The position numbers and the translations under genes are program-made. The notes under the pieces were generated by a model, which was given only the letters and a program-made list of their open reading frames with translations, was not told the origin of the DNA and ran no database searches. Positions 15,905 to 25,110 of a stretch of DNA of 34,606 nucleotides are shown piece after piece. This DNA comes from a bacterium (GTDB lineage Bacteria; Margulisbacteria; Marinamargulisbacteria; JAAEMD01): positions 1 to 34,606 of the forward strand of contig JAAEMD010000027.1 of NCBI GenBank assembly GCA_024225875.1, given 5' to 3'. Position 1 is the stretch's first letter; each line of letters starts with the position of its first letter.

Positions 15905-18330
15905 GAATCCCCATTTAAAAAATCATAAAGCTGCAAATTAAAGTCATTAGACCAGTAATTAAACGTCAGACCCTCAGACAGTAAGTGACCCAAACGCCGC
16001 TGAATAAAGTAGAATAAGGTACCTGTTGACATTGAAGACTGCCAGTAATCAAACGCTCTTTTCAGATCTTTCATAAAAAAATATATATCCCCGATATTTA
16101 ATTTTGCTAAATGATTCTGTGGATTTATTGATAATGCTTTTAAAAAATGTTCTTTTGCAAGGTCATAGTTTTTCTGAACAAGAAAAACTAATCCCAAATT
16201 CAAATAAACCAGATCTAAATTCTTATTTAATTCTTCAGCCTTCCGCAAATGATCTATGGCCTGACCGGTTTCTTCTTTTAAAAGACTTAGAATTGATAAG
16301 TTACAGTACGCAACTGTAAAATCAGGTTCCATTTGAACTGCTAAATTAAATTCATCCTCTGCGGCCTTTATATGTTTCTTGATAAGATACTCTACCCCAC
16401 GATTATTATGTGGATAAGCAAAGCTCACATATTGAGTATCTGGCTGCTTTTTCTTTAATAAAGAGGCTTTTTCCATGTTTGGAACTGAAAGCACGGATAC
16501 AGACCTATTATCATTGCTCCACAAACAACCGGACAGAGCCTTACCGCTAAATGTTAAAACACTTTGCTGCTTATACCATTCCAGCAGTCCTCTTATATTA
16601 GGGAAGTTGACATCATCTTCCATTATTGACTCCAGATAGCTTATTGCTTCGGCAATATCCCCCATATTAATATAATTTACACTTATAAAATAACGGATCG
16701 TATTACTGATATCTCTATCCTTTTTCTCTAAATGAGGTAATAGTCTCATCAACTGGTTTATTGATAAATCAAAGCGCCCCATTTCTAAAAAACACCGGCT
16801 TATCAGCATATAGGCCTTAAACCTCAAGTCAGCATTTACCGAAACTTTTTGAAAGTTTTCCAGAGCAGCAAACAGATCACCCTTCCTCAAATGAATAAGA
16901 CCAGAGTTAAATAATTTATTATGAGCATCCGGACTTCGAAAGCCCTGCTTTACATCCTTCTGTTCATCAATTATTTTTCTATGCAGCTCAACCAGGTTTT
17001 GATATATATCCCAGTTATATTTATTGCCCTGAAAAACACTTAAAAGTATCTTTTTGCTTTTGACCAGGTTACCGGCATCTTTTTCAACATCAGCCTGTAT
17101 ACATTTAGCCTGATTTTCATAATCAGTACCAGTTAAAACAGCACATTCAGCAAGACATTTTTTATGTTCTTTCTTATAAAAAAAATGCTTTGCCAGTAAA
17201 TATCTGCACTTATTTTGTAAACTTTTGTCCATATTTAAGATACTCAATAAACGTTCCTGAACATTAATACTGCCGGAACTATCAAGAAAAACCATTTTCT
17301 CTATACAGTCCAGAGTTTCTGCGTAATCATGTTTTGAATAAAATATATCTGACAGTAACTGCCAGGCCAGTATTTGATCAGGATATCTTTCCAGTATCGT
17401 TTCTAGTAAATCCTTGATTAACTGATGATCAAATTCATTTTTCGAAATCAATATTTGAAGATAATTTACTCCTTCAGTATAACGAGAAGATTCAACCAGT
17501 ACTTCAGCCATGGCAAATATTACTTCGCTTGTATCAGGATAAAGTTCCAGTACATTTCGATATATATCAATTGCTTCAGGCTGTACTGAGCTATCCAGTT
17601 CCAGCATATGTTTCACAAAAAAGATACCTTTAGCAAAATCATAGATACTAAAATACATTTCAGCTAAAATCCTTCTAATCAAAATACTATTGGGACAGTA
17701 CTCAATAAGCTGTTCACATCTGCCTGCTATTCCATGGGTATCTTTAGGTAATAGTTTAGCTATTTGCTCATAAATTAATATTGCCTTTTCATATTGAGCT
17801 GCTTTTATATATAGTTCAGCCAGGGTACGCTGATATTTTATTGTTTGAGAATGTTTTTCTATTAACTCTTCATAAAAGCCTATGCTCTTATCCAGATCCT
17901 CTTCTTCCAGATAAATCCTTGGCAATAAGTCAATAATAACTGAATCCATGATATCTTTTTTAAAAGCATTTTCAAATATATACTTTATCCTGTCTTTCTG
18001 ACCATTTTTACTGTATATCTTACTTAATAAAAAATATACCTGTGTAAATTTATAATCAATCTCAAAAACTTCTTCTAATTCATTAACAGCTTCTTTATAG
18101 TCGCCATCACATATATATAACTCTGCAATTAACAATCTAATATTCAAGTTATGGTAATTTGCAGCTAACTGCCTGTATAACGGAATCAGTATGTCAGGCA
18201 ACACCCTTCTGTTATGTTTTATAAGATTTTTAAAACGGTCCAGAGCATCATAGTACTGTTTTCTCTTAACCAGCGATATGGCCAGGTTGTATTCAGATTT
18301 TTTCTTAAGAGCAGTTCCCCATTCTCGCAT
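15901..18330 (-). CDS. TPR repeat-containing protein (809 aa, no signal peptide seen)
   Basis: Many 34-aa TPR-like repeats (for example AELYICDGDYKEAVNELEEVFEIDYKF, LGLVFLVQKNYDLAKEHFLKALSINPQNHLA). ATGA overlap with the lptD start. Confidence 0.7.
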   Translation of the reverse strand: MREWGTALKKKSEYNLAISLVKRKQYYDALDRFKNLIKHNRRVLPDILIPLYRQLAANYHNLNIRLLIAELYICDGDYKEAVNELEEVFEIDYKFTQVYFLLSKIYSKNGQKDRIKYIFENAFKKDIMDSVIIDLLPRIYLEEEDLDKSIGFYEELIEKHSQTIKYQRTLAELYIKAAQYEKAILIYEQIAKLLPKDTHGIAGRCEQLIEYCPNSILIRRILAEMYFSIYDFAKGIFFVKHMLELDSSVQPEAIDIYRNVLELYPDTSEVIFAMAEVLVESSRYTEGVNYLQILISKNEFDHQLIKDLLETILERYPDQILAWQLLSDIFYSKHDYAETLDCIEKMVFLDSSGSINVQERLLSILNMDKSLQNKCRYLLAKHFFYKKEHKKCLAECAVLTGTDYENQAKCIQADVEKDAGNLVKSKKILLSVFQGNKYNWDIYQNLVELHRKIIDEQKDVKQGFRSPDAHNKLFNSGLIHLRKGDLFAALENFQKVSVNADLRFKAYMLISRCFLEMGRFDLSINQLMRLLPHLEKKDRDISNTIRYFISVNYINMGDIAEAISYLESIMEDDVNFPNIRGLLEWYKQQSVLTFSGKALSGCLWSNDNRSVSVLSVPNMEKASLLKKKQPDTQYVSFAYPHNNRGVEYLIKKHIKAAEDEFNLAVQMEPDFTVAYCNLSILSLLKEETGQAIDHLRKAEELNKNLDLVYLNLGLVFLVQKNYDLAKEHFLKALSINPQNHLAKLNIGDIYFFMKDLKRAFDYWQSSMSTGTLFYFIQRRLGHLLSEGLTFNYWSNDFNLQLYDFLNGDS

Positions 18331-18339
18331 AATACTTCT

Positions 18340-19464
18340 TCAACGCCTGAAGCTTTGCCAGGTAATTGTTAATAAAGCCAGAGACCCATAAAGAATATTT
18401 GGTATCCACACACCTAGAAAAGGAGTTATATTGCCATCTTTTGCCATTGCTCTGAACAAAGCTACAATAAAAAAATAAAAACCAACTGCCAGCACAGAAA
18501 TACAAATTGCTAAAATCACACCCCACCAGTCTTGACCGGACCTGACAAATACTAAACAAAAGGCTACTCCCAGTATACCAAAAACAAAACATGCTGCAGG
18601 AATACTTTTCTTCATATGATACTCCACATTTAAAGCTCTTGTACTGATACCACCTTTTTTCAGACTATCTATTTTTTTCTTTAATTCTCTTGAATCCATT
18701 TCTTTAGCAGTTTTTTTTCTATAATAATTACTTATCTCCTGATCTACATGTATTTTCATTTCAGAAAACTGATCTACAAAGTCAACCAGTCCTTCTGAAT
18801 TTATAACCTGAACATATCCATCCATCAGCAGCCATGATTTCTCATCCCACCTTGCTTCTTTAGCAGTAATAAACCTTGGAAACCTGGCTTTCTCTTCAAA
18901 AATCAAAACATTCTGCATAATACCTTCTTCCGGATCAATTTTCTTTATATAAAAAAACCTTTCGCCAACACCCTTAAAGACAACATTTTCTACAATATCA
19001 GGCAGAGGCTTTTTCCTGACCTCTCTTCTAATTAAACTATCCGATTCTCTATTTGCCCAGGGAACAACTTTTTCATTTACAAGATAAGATAAAAAACTTG
19101 TAATAACTGCTAAAAATAATATCGGCACCACAACTCTTATAACATTTATCCCTGATACACGTAGTACAGTCAACTCATTATCTTTTGCCATACGCACTAA
19201 AAGAAGCATCACCGCAAATAATACAGCCATCGGAAAAAAAAGCTGCATCACTGCGGGCAGTTTATACAAAAGCAGGCGTATAACAGTAAGAAAAGAGACT
19301 CCTGAAATTACAGCCAGTTCAACTAAATAAAAAAGGATATCTACAATAGCAATAATTGCAAAGCCGCATACTGCCAAAAAAAACGGCCCGGCAAATTCCC
19401 TGATTAAGTATCTATCCAAAATTGTTGTATAACGAATCAGACTATTCTTAAAATAATATTTCAT
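18340..19464 (-). CDS. LPS export ABC transporter permease, LptF/LptG (YjgP/YjgQ) family
   Basis: The N-terminus ILDRYLIREFAGPFFLAVCGFAII is the family hallmark. Six predicted TM segments flank a periplasmic beta-jellyroll-sized loop. Length 374 aa. Confidence 0.8.
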   Translation of the reverse strand: MKYYFKNSLIRYTTILDRYLIREFAGPFFLAVCGFAIIAIVDILFYLVELAVISGVSFLTVIRLLLYKLPAVMQLFFPMAVLFAVMLLLVRMAKDNELTVLRVSGINVIRVVVPILFLAVITSFLSYLVNEKVVPWANRESDSLIRREVRKKPLPDIVENVVFKGVGERFFYIKKIDPEEGIMQNVLIFEEKARFPRFITAKEARWDEKSWLLMDGYVQVINSEGLVDFVDQFSEMKIHVDQEISNYYRKKTAKEMDSRELKKKIDSLKKGGISTRALNVEYHMKKSIPAACFVFGILGVAFCLVFVRSGQDWWGVILAICISVLAVGFYFFIVALFRAMAKDGNITPFLGVWIPNILYGSLALLTITWQSFRR

Positions 19465-19597
19465 GAGACGATTTTTTCATTCTTCTTAAACTAAAAGTTA
19501 AAAGAGCAGACAAAACTTCTTCATTGATTAAAATACTATTAAAAACCTATTCTACTTTGTTAGTTTTTTCTGCTCTTTAATTCAAAAACATAATTCA

Positions 19598-19795
19598 CTA
19601 CCATCTATCTGCTTCTTGACGAAGAGTATTTCTCCTTATAGCCGCTCTTTTTTTTCTCTTCTTACTTTCAGATGGTTTTTCAAAATATTCTTTCTGTTTA
19701 AGATGTTGTAATGTACCTTCATTCTTAAGTTTACGTTTAAACTTTCTTAAAACAGAATCTATAGATTCTCCGGGTCTCTTTTCCTGCTTTGCCAT
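19598..19795 (-). CDS. rpsU: 30S ribosomal protein S21
   Basis: ESIDSVLRKFKRKLKNEGTLQHLKQKEYFEKPSE..KRKKRAAIRR matches the S21 pattern. Length 65 aa. Confidence 0.9.
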   Translation of the reverse strand: MAKQEKRPGESIDSVLRKFKRKLKNEGTLQHLKQKEYFEKPSESKKRKKRAAIRRNTLRQEADRW

Positions 19796-19846
19796 TCCTA
19801 AAACACCTCCTTAATATAACCTTAAACTATCTTCAAAAAATAATAA

Positions 19847-20191
19847 CTATCCTGGAGGCCACTCCAGTTTTCTACCTCCAAGAACATGGAAATGAATATG
19901 ATTTACTAATTGACCTGCATCTGTTCCCTTGTTGACCACTACCCTGAAACCACTATCATCAATATATAATTTCTCTGTTACCTTCTTAACTGCCTCAAAT
20001 ATATCTACTATTAAAGCAGCCTCTTCATTATATAACACTGATATATCAGCATAATGATTCTTAGGTATTACTAAAATATGAACAGGCGCCTGAGGATTAA
20101 TATCCTTAAAAGCCAGAACATTATCATTCTCAAAGACTTTTTCTGCCGGTATATCTCCCTGGACAATTTTACAAAACAGACAGTCATTCAT
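19847..20191 (-). CDS. HIT-family nucleotide hydrolase (HinT-like)
   Basis: N-terminal CLFCKI motif and histidine triad HIHFHVLGG. Length 114 aa. Confidence 0.9.
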   Translation of the reverse strand: MNDCLFCKIVQGDIPAEKVFENDNVLAFKDINPQAPVHILVIPKNHYADISVLYNEEAALIVDIFEAVKKVTEKLYIDDSGFRVVVNKGTDAGQLVNHIHFHVLGGRKLEWPPG

Positions 20192-20934
20192 AACTCATTT
20201 TTTCCTGAAGCATAAAAATACTGCTTATCTTCTAAATTATTCTTTTCTTTATTATCCTTAATAAATACTCCATTCATATAATTATCTCTTTCATATCGCA
20301 GGCAGCATTTTAATTTACCACACAGACCACATAATGATTTAGGGTTCATAGTAATCCCCTGTTCCTTTGCGCTCTTTATGGTTACCGACTTGGTTTCATT
20401 CAAAACCGAGCTGCAGCACAATGATCTACCACATATCCCAACTCCCCCTAATACTTTTGCTATCCCCCTGACACCAGCTTCTTTTAACTCTATCTTACAT
20501 CCGACAGCATTAGAAATTAAAGAACCCAGATCCTGATTTTTCATTTTCTTTTTACGCTTCTTATCATTTGTATAAATAAAATGAATATATATCTTTTTCT
20601 TATCAAATAAGAGCTCACATTTTTTAATTAGAATTGCAGAGTCAAAATTACCTGCTATACTCTTACATTTTTGCAAATAATTCTGTTCAATTCCAGATAA
20701 TTCTTCCAGAATATCAAGATCATCTTTAGTCGCCGATCTAATTGCTCTTTTAACAAAGATATCACCTGCCTTGTGTTTTTTGTTTTTAGCCATACAGCAT
20801 TTTGCAAAAACAACCTTTCCACACTCCACTCCTCTATTAGTTTCAACAACAATATATTCACCTAATACAGGCTGTTTTTTTAACCTGTTTAATCTTACAG
20901 ATTTTTCTAGTTCTCTTATGTTTAAAGCATACAT
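20188..20934 (-). CDS. PSP1 C-terminal domain protein (YaaT/RicT-like)
   Basis: Cys-rich CGRSLCC and CGKLKCCLRYE motifs are typical of YaaT/PSP1. It lies immediately downstream of holB, as in Firmicutes-type holB-yaaT pairs. Confidence 0.75.
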   Translation of the reverse strand: MYALNIRELEKSVRLNRLKKQPVLGEYIVVETNRGVECGKVVFAKCCMAKNKKHKAGDIFVKRAIRSATKDDLDILEELSGIEQNYLQKCKSIAGNFDSAILIKKCELLFDKKKIYIHFIYTNDKKRKKKMKNQDLGSLISNAVGCKIELKEAGVRGIAKVLGGVGICGRSLCCSSVLNETKSVTIKSAKEQGITMNPKSLCGLCGKLKCCLRYERDNYMNGVFIKDNKEKNNLEDKQYFYASGKNEL

Positions 20935-20949
20935 TTTATATTCATATCC

Positions 20950-21846
20950 TCACAGACAAATCAGAAGATTCTCTAAATGCAATCTAAGATTTACATTATA
21001 CTTCATTTGTCCTGTATTTTCGATTAACTTGTCTAAAATGGTATAATCTTTTTCACTCAGGTTCTGCCAGTCATTCCATATTTCCTGTATCCAGATCATT
21101 AATAACGTCTGAGCATTATGTTTATCCTTGATTAAATTCTGCACTATCTCCAGCCTGGCAAACTTATCTTTATTCAAAATATCCCTGCAGGTAATATACC
21201 CCTCACCGACTAAATAACCCTCTTCTAAAAAAACATTTAACAGATATTCATTATTATATGTTTTTTGATTAATCTCCTTCAGTTCTTCTTCTGAATAATT
21301 TTCATACAAATAGTCCATAACATTATTGTGTCCTGCTTTTGGGAAAAACATCAGCTGACACCTGGATTTAATTGTCGGCAAAACATCTGCAACATTCTTT
21401 GTTATTAATATAAAACATACACCAGGTAAAGGCTCTTCCAGAACTTTCAGAAAAGCATTGGCTGCTTGAACAGTAAATTTCTGACAGTTTCTAATAACAA
21501 CAAATAAGTATTTACCACTATTCGGGCCATACTTCACAAGTTCCTTAATTTCTCTTACCTGATCAATAGTTATATTACCGGATAGAGACTTTTCTTTTTG
21601 CGGATCAATATAAATTAAGTCTGCATAATTATTTCTGCTAATCGATCGACATGCGTGGCATTTGCCACAAAAACCCTCTAAACATACCTGGCAGTTTGCA
21701 GCACTGGCAAAGTATACGGCAGCATCACTCATAAAAGAACCTGGTACTCCATAAAAAATATAGCCGTTAGCCATTTTTTTATTTTCCGTAATACCATTAA
21801 TAATTTTTCGGTTTCTTTCAGAAAAAGGTTTTAACTTCATAATCAT
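20950..21846 (-). CDS. holB: DNA polymerase III delta-prime subunit HolB
   Basis: Degenerate Walker A (YIFYGVPGS), zinc module CGKCHACRSI, ANAFLKVLEEP and SRC motif TIKSRCQ. Confidence 0.85.
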   Translation of the reverse strand: MIMKLKPFSERNRKIINGITENKKMANGYIFYGVPGSFMSDAAVYFASAANCQVCLEGFCGKCHACRSISRNNYADLIYIDPQKEKSLSGNITIDQVREIKELVKYGPNSGKYLFVVIRNCQKFTVQAANAFLKVLEEPLPGVCFILITKNVADVLPTIKSRCQLMFFPKAGHNNVMDYLYENYSEEELKEINQKTYNNEYLLNVFLEEGYLVGEGYITCRDILNKDKFARLEIVQNLIKDKHNAQTLLMIWIQEIWNDWQNLSEKDYTILDKLIENTGQMKYNVNLRLHLENLLICL

Positions 21847-22031
21847 GGACTATTATACAATTATATAAATACGCGAACTAACCGATAAAAATTAGTATTA
21901 TTTTCAAACTGGCCCACAATAGTGTTGATAAAGATCCGTTATATAAACGTCATATTGTATGTACAGTAGTATTAAATTGATATTAATAGTTAGTATTGTT
22001 ACCATCTAAAATATGAGATGCCCGGAATGTA

Positions 22032-22068
22032 TAGCTGGTACAAATTGAACTGTCCGTTTAAATGGCTG
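22032..22068 (+). repeat. Family-A repeat, left-arm-only copy (37 nt) inside the family-B element
   Basis: TAGCTGGTACAAATTGAACTGTCCGTTTAAATGGCTG is identical to the left arm of the copies at 28445 and 31419. The sequence then diverges into AACTTAG-type 7-mer tandem repeats. Confidence 0.85.
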
Positions 22069-22081
22069 GTAATCCGGCAAT

Positions 22082-22138
22082 AACTTAGAACTTAGAACTT
22101 CCCAACTTAGAACTTAGAACTAAATAACTTCGAACTAA
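22082..22138 (+). repeat. Tandem 7-mer array (AACTTAG and variants, about 8 units)
   Basis: Read directly from the sequence: aacttag aacttag aacttccc aacttag aacttag aactaaat aacttcg aactaa. Confidence 0.8.
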
Positions 22139-22177
22139 TTTATCAACACTATTGTGAGCCAGTTTATATTATTTTTA

Positions 22178-23515
22178 TCACTCAGCACCAAATATATTTT
22201 CTAATTTTAGAAAGTATAGAGTTAAAATCAATAGATCCGCTGAACCACCACAGGAAAGATTATGAAAGTTACAATAACTGCAAAGATCCTCATACAGGAG
22301 TCTGGATCTTTCGTTCCAAAAACCGGCATCTATAATTTGACCGGCATATTCTTTAACTTTATTCAAATGATCAATTCCACCCCGGTAGATAATATTTGTA
22401 TCATTATTTTCATGTATAATTTCAGTCAGAACTGCTGTCATTAATTCTTCCCCGCTTAACCTGCTTTTAATAGATCTGGCAGCAGGGATACCCGTATTAA
22501 AAACCAGAGGCAAACCATCCTCGGCTTCCCCTCTTGCTCCAGCAAGTCCAAAATCTCTGAACACCAGCGCACCATGAGTATTTATCCTTATATTTTTTAA
22601 TTCAGCTGTAATATCTCTGGTCATATCCTTGATATCGGATGAAATAAATTCATAGTCTATTATCCCTTTATCCTTAATACTTCTGACAGAAGCTATAATA
22701 GCCAGTCCAAGTAAAAAAACAGCCCCCTTATGGGTATTAACCCCGTGTGTGACCCGTAACATCTCCTGCTCCATCTTCAGACCTGTCATCCTCATTCTAT
22801 TTAACCTGTGTTCTGCCGTCCAGTTTTCATTTAATGCCATAAATGCCATTTGCCTGTACCCTGCCATTAATACTGCACTGCTTTTTATAAAAGTAAAGAA
22901 GTTCATATCCTTATGAGGACCACTACTCAACCTTGTAACTAAACCAGGTTTTGGATGAAGCGATACCTCAGACAAGAGTGCTGAATAAACACAATAAAGT
23001 AGATTATCAACTATATTATTATTTTCTTTATCTTTTACATAAGAAATCAACAGCTGATCACAATAACCTCGTAACTCCTCTATTGAATGTTCTTTTCTTT
23101 TAATACATATTTGAGCCTGTTCATTACATAAAAAACATTTCTTCTTTTTAGAACCGGAAACTGAGCTGCCAATCTTTTCATAAATATCAATATCGCATAA
23201 CCGGCCCAGCACATGATTCTCTTCAAATTCTAAAGCAGCCTTTTTCAGTTTTTTTAAATCTTCCTCCTTTACAGGAATAAACATATAATGACCGGCTTCA
23301 TCAACACCTGTTTCCTCTTCTACTTTAAAAAAAGTACTAAAAAACATTTTCACCTCTTCTGCTAATAAAACAAAGGCTTTTTTTATATATTCAGAAGATT
23401 TAGGATAGCCTGGAATATTGAGATTAAATGTAATAAAAGAAGAGCCTGCGCTTATACGCAGGCTCTGCCTTTTTTCTCTGGCACTTAAAATCCTGTTCAA
23501 GAAACCAGAGTTCAC
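22178..23515 (-). CDS. citXG: Fused CitX/CitG: holo-citrate lyase ACP synthase plus triphosphoribosyl-dephospho-CoA synthase
   Basis: The N-terminal ILSAREKRQ...NLNIPGYPK resembles CitX. The C-terminal HPKPGLVTRLSSGPHKDMNFFTF and later GGSADLL resemble CitG. GTG start with AGGAG upstream. It is the last gene after citF. Confidence 0.8.
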   Translation of the reverse strand: MNSGFLNRILSAREKRQSLRISAGSSFITFNLNIPGYPKSSEYIKKAFVLLAEEVKMFFSTFFKVEEETGVDEAGHYMFIPVKEEDLKKLKKAALEFEENHVLGRLCDIDIYEKIGSSVSGSKKKKCFLCNEQAQICIKRKEHSIEELRGYCDQLLISYVKDKENNNIVDNLLYCVYSALLSEVSLHPKPGLVTRLSSGPHKDMNFFTFIKSSAVLMAGYRQMAFMALNENWTAEHRLNRMRMTGLKMEQEMLRVTHGVNTHKGAVFLLGLAIIASVRSIKDKGIIDYEFISSDIKDMTRDITAELKNIRINTHGALVFRDFGLAGARGEAEDGLPLVFNTGIPAARSIKSRLSGEELMTAVLTEIIHENNDTNIIYRGGIDHLNKVKEYAGQIIDAGFWNERSRLLYEDLCSYCNFHNLSCGGSADLLILTLYFLKLENIFGAE

Positions 23516-23553
23516 ATTTTCTCCTGTTTAAAACTCAATAAACTATTACCGGC

Positions 23554-25110
23554 CTAACTCTTAACTTTCCTGATAACATCAATAATGCTGCCATCCCTGT
23601 ATTCTACAACTGCTACTACTTTATCCTCAAACTCAGGTTCTTCAGGTTTCCCACAAATCCTTTCTACTTCTTCTGCCAGTTCATTTATATCTCTTATCGG
23701 CAATCCTGAACCTTCAAGTTTATCTTTTAAATCCTGCCTTAAAGGATTGATACAAATACCCTTTTCTGTAACCAGCAAATCAACTGAAGCGCCTGGTGTA
23801 ACAACTGTATGGATATTCTTTTTAACAATTGGCAAACGTCCTCTAATAGATGGTGCTACTAAAACCGTAAGACTGGCACCGGCAGCAGTGTCACTATGTC
23901 CTCCGGATGCACCCCTGATATTTCCGTCAGAACCTACCAGTACATTCACATTAAAATCAGTATCTATCTCAAGTGCAGCTAATACTACCGTATCCAGCTT
24001 ATGTGTCATACAGTCACAATTAAGCGGGTTAGCATACTGCGATGCCGAAATTTCTATATGCTTTTCATTACCATATATAGACTTTGATACCGCTGCATCA
24101 AAACTCTGAACATCAAATGCAAGATCAAAAAGACCTTCTTCCAGCATATCTGTCATAACAGATGTTATGCCGCCCAGTAAAAATCCGCCTTTTATATCTT
24201 TCTTTCTCATATAATCACAAATAAATCTGGCTACAGCTAACGAAGCTCCACCAGCACCACACTGGAAAGAAAAACCATTTTTAACATAGCCCAGTTTAAT
24301 CATTGCCTCTGCTGCAAGGTCTGCAATCCTTAAATCCATGGGATTCTTAGTTATCCTGGTTGTATCACCAGCAATTTTTTCAGGATCTCCAATACTATCA
24401 ATTTTCACAACATAGTCTACATCTTTTTGCTTTATAGAAGACGGTAAGCAGGGGTACTCCACCAGATTATCCGTTACAACAACCACCTGTCTTGAATATT
24501 CCGAATCTATCATTGCATAACCTAAAGAACCACAAGCAGATTTTCCCCAGCTCCCTGTAGCATTTCCTGCCTCATCTGCTGCTGCTGCTGATATAAACGA
24601 AACATCGATTTTTATTCTACCAGCCTCTATAGCTCTTGCCCTTCCACCATGCGAATGAAAAACAGCAACCTTCTTCAATTTACCAGCAGATACCGCCTTG
24701 CCCAGTTTACCTCTACATCCGGATGTGAAAATACGTGTAATAGTCCCGTCCTCAACATATGGAACAAGTGGTTCATGCGCTCCAGTTAATGATGAAGAAG
24801 CAAGGGTAATATCTTTTAATCCTCTTTTTGCCAGAGACTCGATAACAGGAACAATAGTTCCATCTCCACCTCTCATATGATGATGAAATGAGATCGTCAT
24901 TCCATCATGCAGTTCTAACTTATCTAAACATTCTTCAAGATTATCACATACTTTTACATGGTCTACCGGCTTTACTTTCAATGCCTGAGGAGCCTTAAAA
25001 CTGCTGCCTGATTTTATTGAATTAACAATAGCCCATTCACCCTGATAAGGAACAATATTATCAATACCATCAACACTTTGAGGAATCTCTCTTCCAATAG
25101 AATTTTTCAT
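23554..25110 (-). CDS. citF: Citrate lyase alpha subunit (citrate CoA-transferase) CitF
   Basis: 518 aa. Its position is citE-citF with an ATGA overlap. ISFHHHMRGGD and GGHSDTAAGA segments are typical of CitF. Confidence 0.9.
   Translation of the reverse strand: MKNSIGREIPQSVDGIDNIVPYQGEWAIVNSIKSGSSFKAPQALKVKPVDHVKVCDNLEECLDKLELHDGMTISFHHHMRGGDGTIVPVIESLAKRGLKDITLASSSLTGAHEPLVPYVEDGTITRIFTSGCRGKLGKAVSAGKLKKVAVFHSHGGRARAIEAGRIKIDVSFISAAAADEAGNATGSWGKSACGSLGYAMIDSEYSRQVVVVTDNLVEYPCLPSSIKQKDVDYVVKIDSIGDPEKIAGDTTRITKNPMDLRIADLAAEAMIKLGYVKNGFSFQCGAGGASLAVARFICDYMRKKDIKGGFLLGGITSVMTDMLEEGLFDLAFDVQSFDAAVSKSIYGNEKHIEISASQYANPLNCDCMTHKLDTVVLAALEIDTDFNVNVLVGSDGNIRGASGGHSDTAAGASLTVLVAPSIRGRLPIVKKNIHTVVTPGASVDLLVTEKGICINPLRQDLKDKLEGSGLPIRDINELAEEVERICGKPEEPEFEDKVVAVVEYRDGSIIDVIRKVKS

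Larger units (their letters stand above)
21905..22166. mobile_element. 262-bp non-autonomous element with 27-bp terminal inverted repeats and a 9-bp target-site duplication (family B), carrying a family-A half copy
   Basis: AAACTGGCCCACAATAGTGTTGATAAA (21906-21932) pairs with TTTATCAACACTATTGTGAGCCAGTTT (22139-22165) as inverted repeats, matching 26/27. Identical direct repeats TATTATTTT lie at 21896-21904 and 22167-22175. There is no ORF inside. Confidence 0.75.

Noticed and set aside
19500-19580. Hairpin AAAGAGCAG...CTGCTCTTT downstream of rpsU as an intrinsic terminator
   Set aside because: The 9-bp stem is separated by a loop of about 55 nt and is not followed by a convincing T-run. It is not reported as a terminator.
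22013-22048. 11-codon micro-ORF MRCPECIAGTN reading into the family-A half copy
   Set aside because: It has no SD. Its stop is simply the TGA inside the repeat's AAATTGA, and nothing suggests translation.
23585-24109. Long antisense or alternate-frame ORFs inside well-supported genes
   Set aside because: Examples are 23585-24109, 29334-29747, 4640-4963, 8316-8681, 1146-1334, 1399-1644, 1952-2236, 11187-11477, 18305-18592 and 26835-27077. All lie fully within genes that carry clear family motifs on the other strand or frame. Their products are S/P/L-rich or low-complexity shadows, so they are treated as non-coding.
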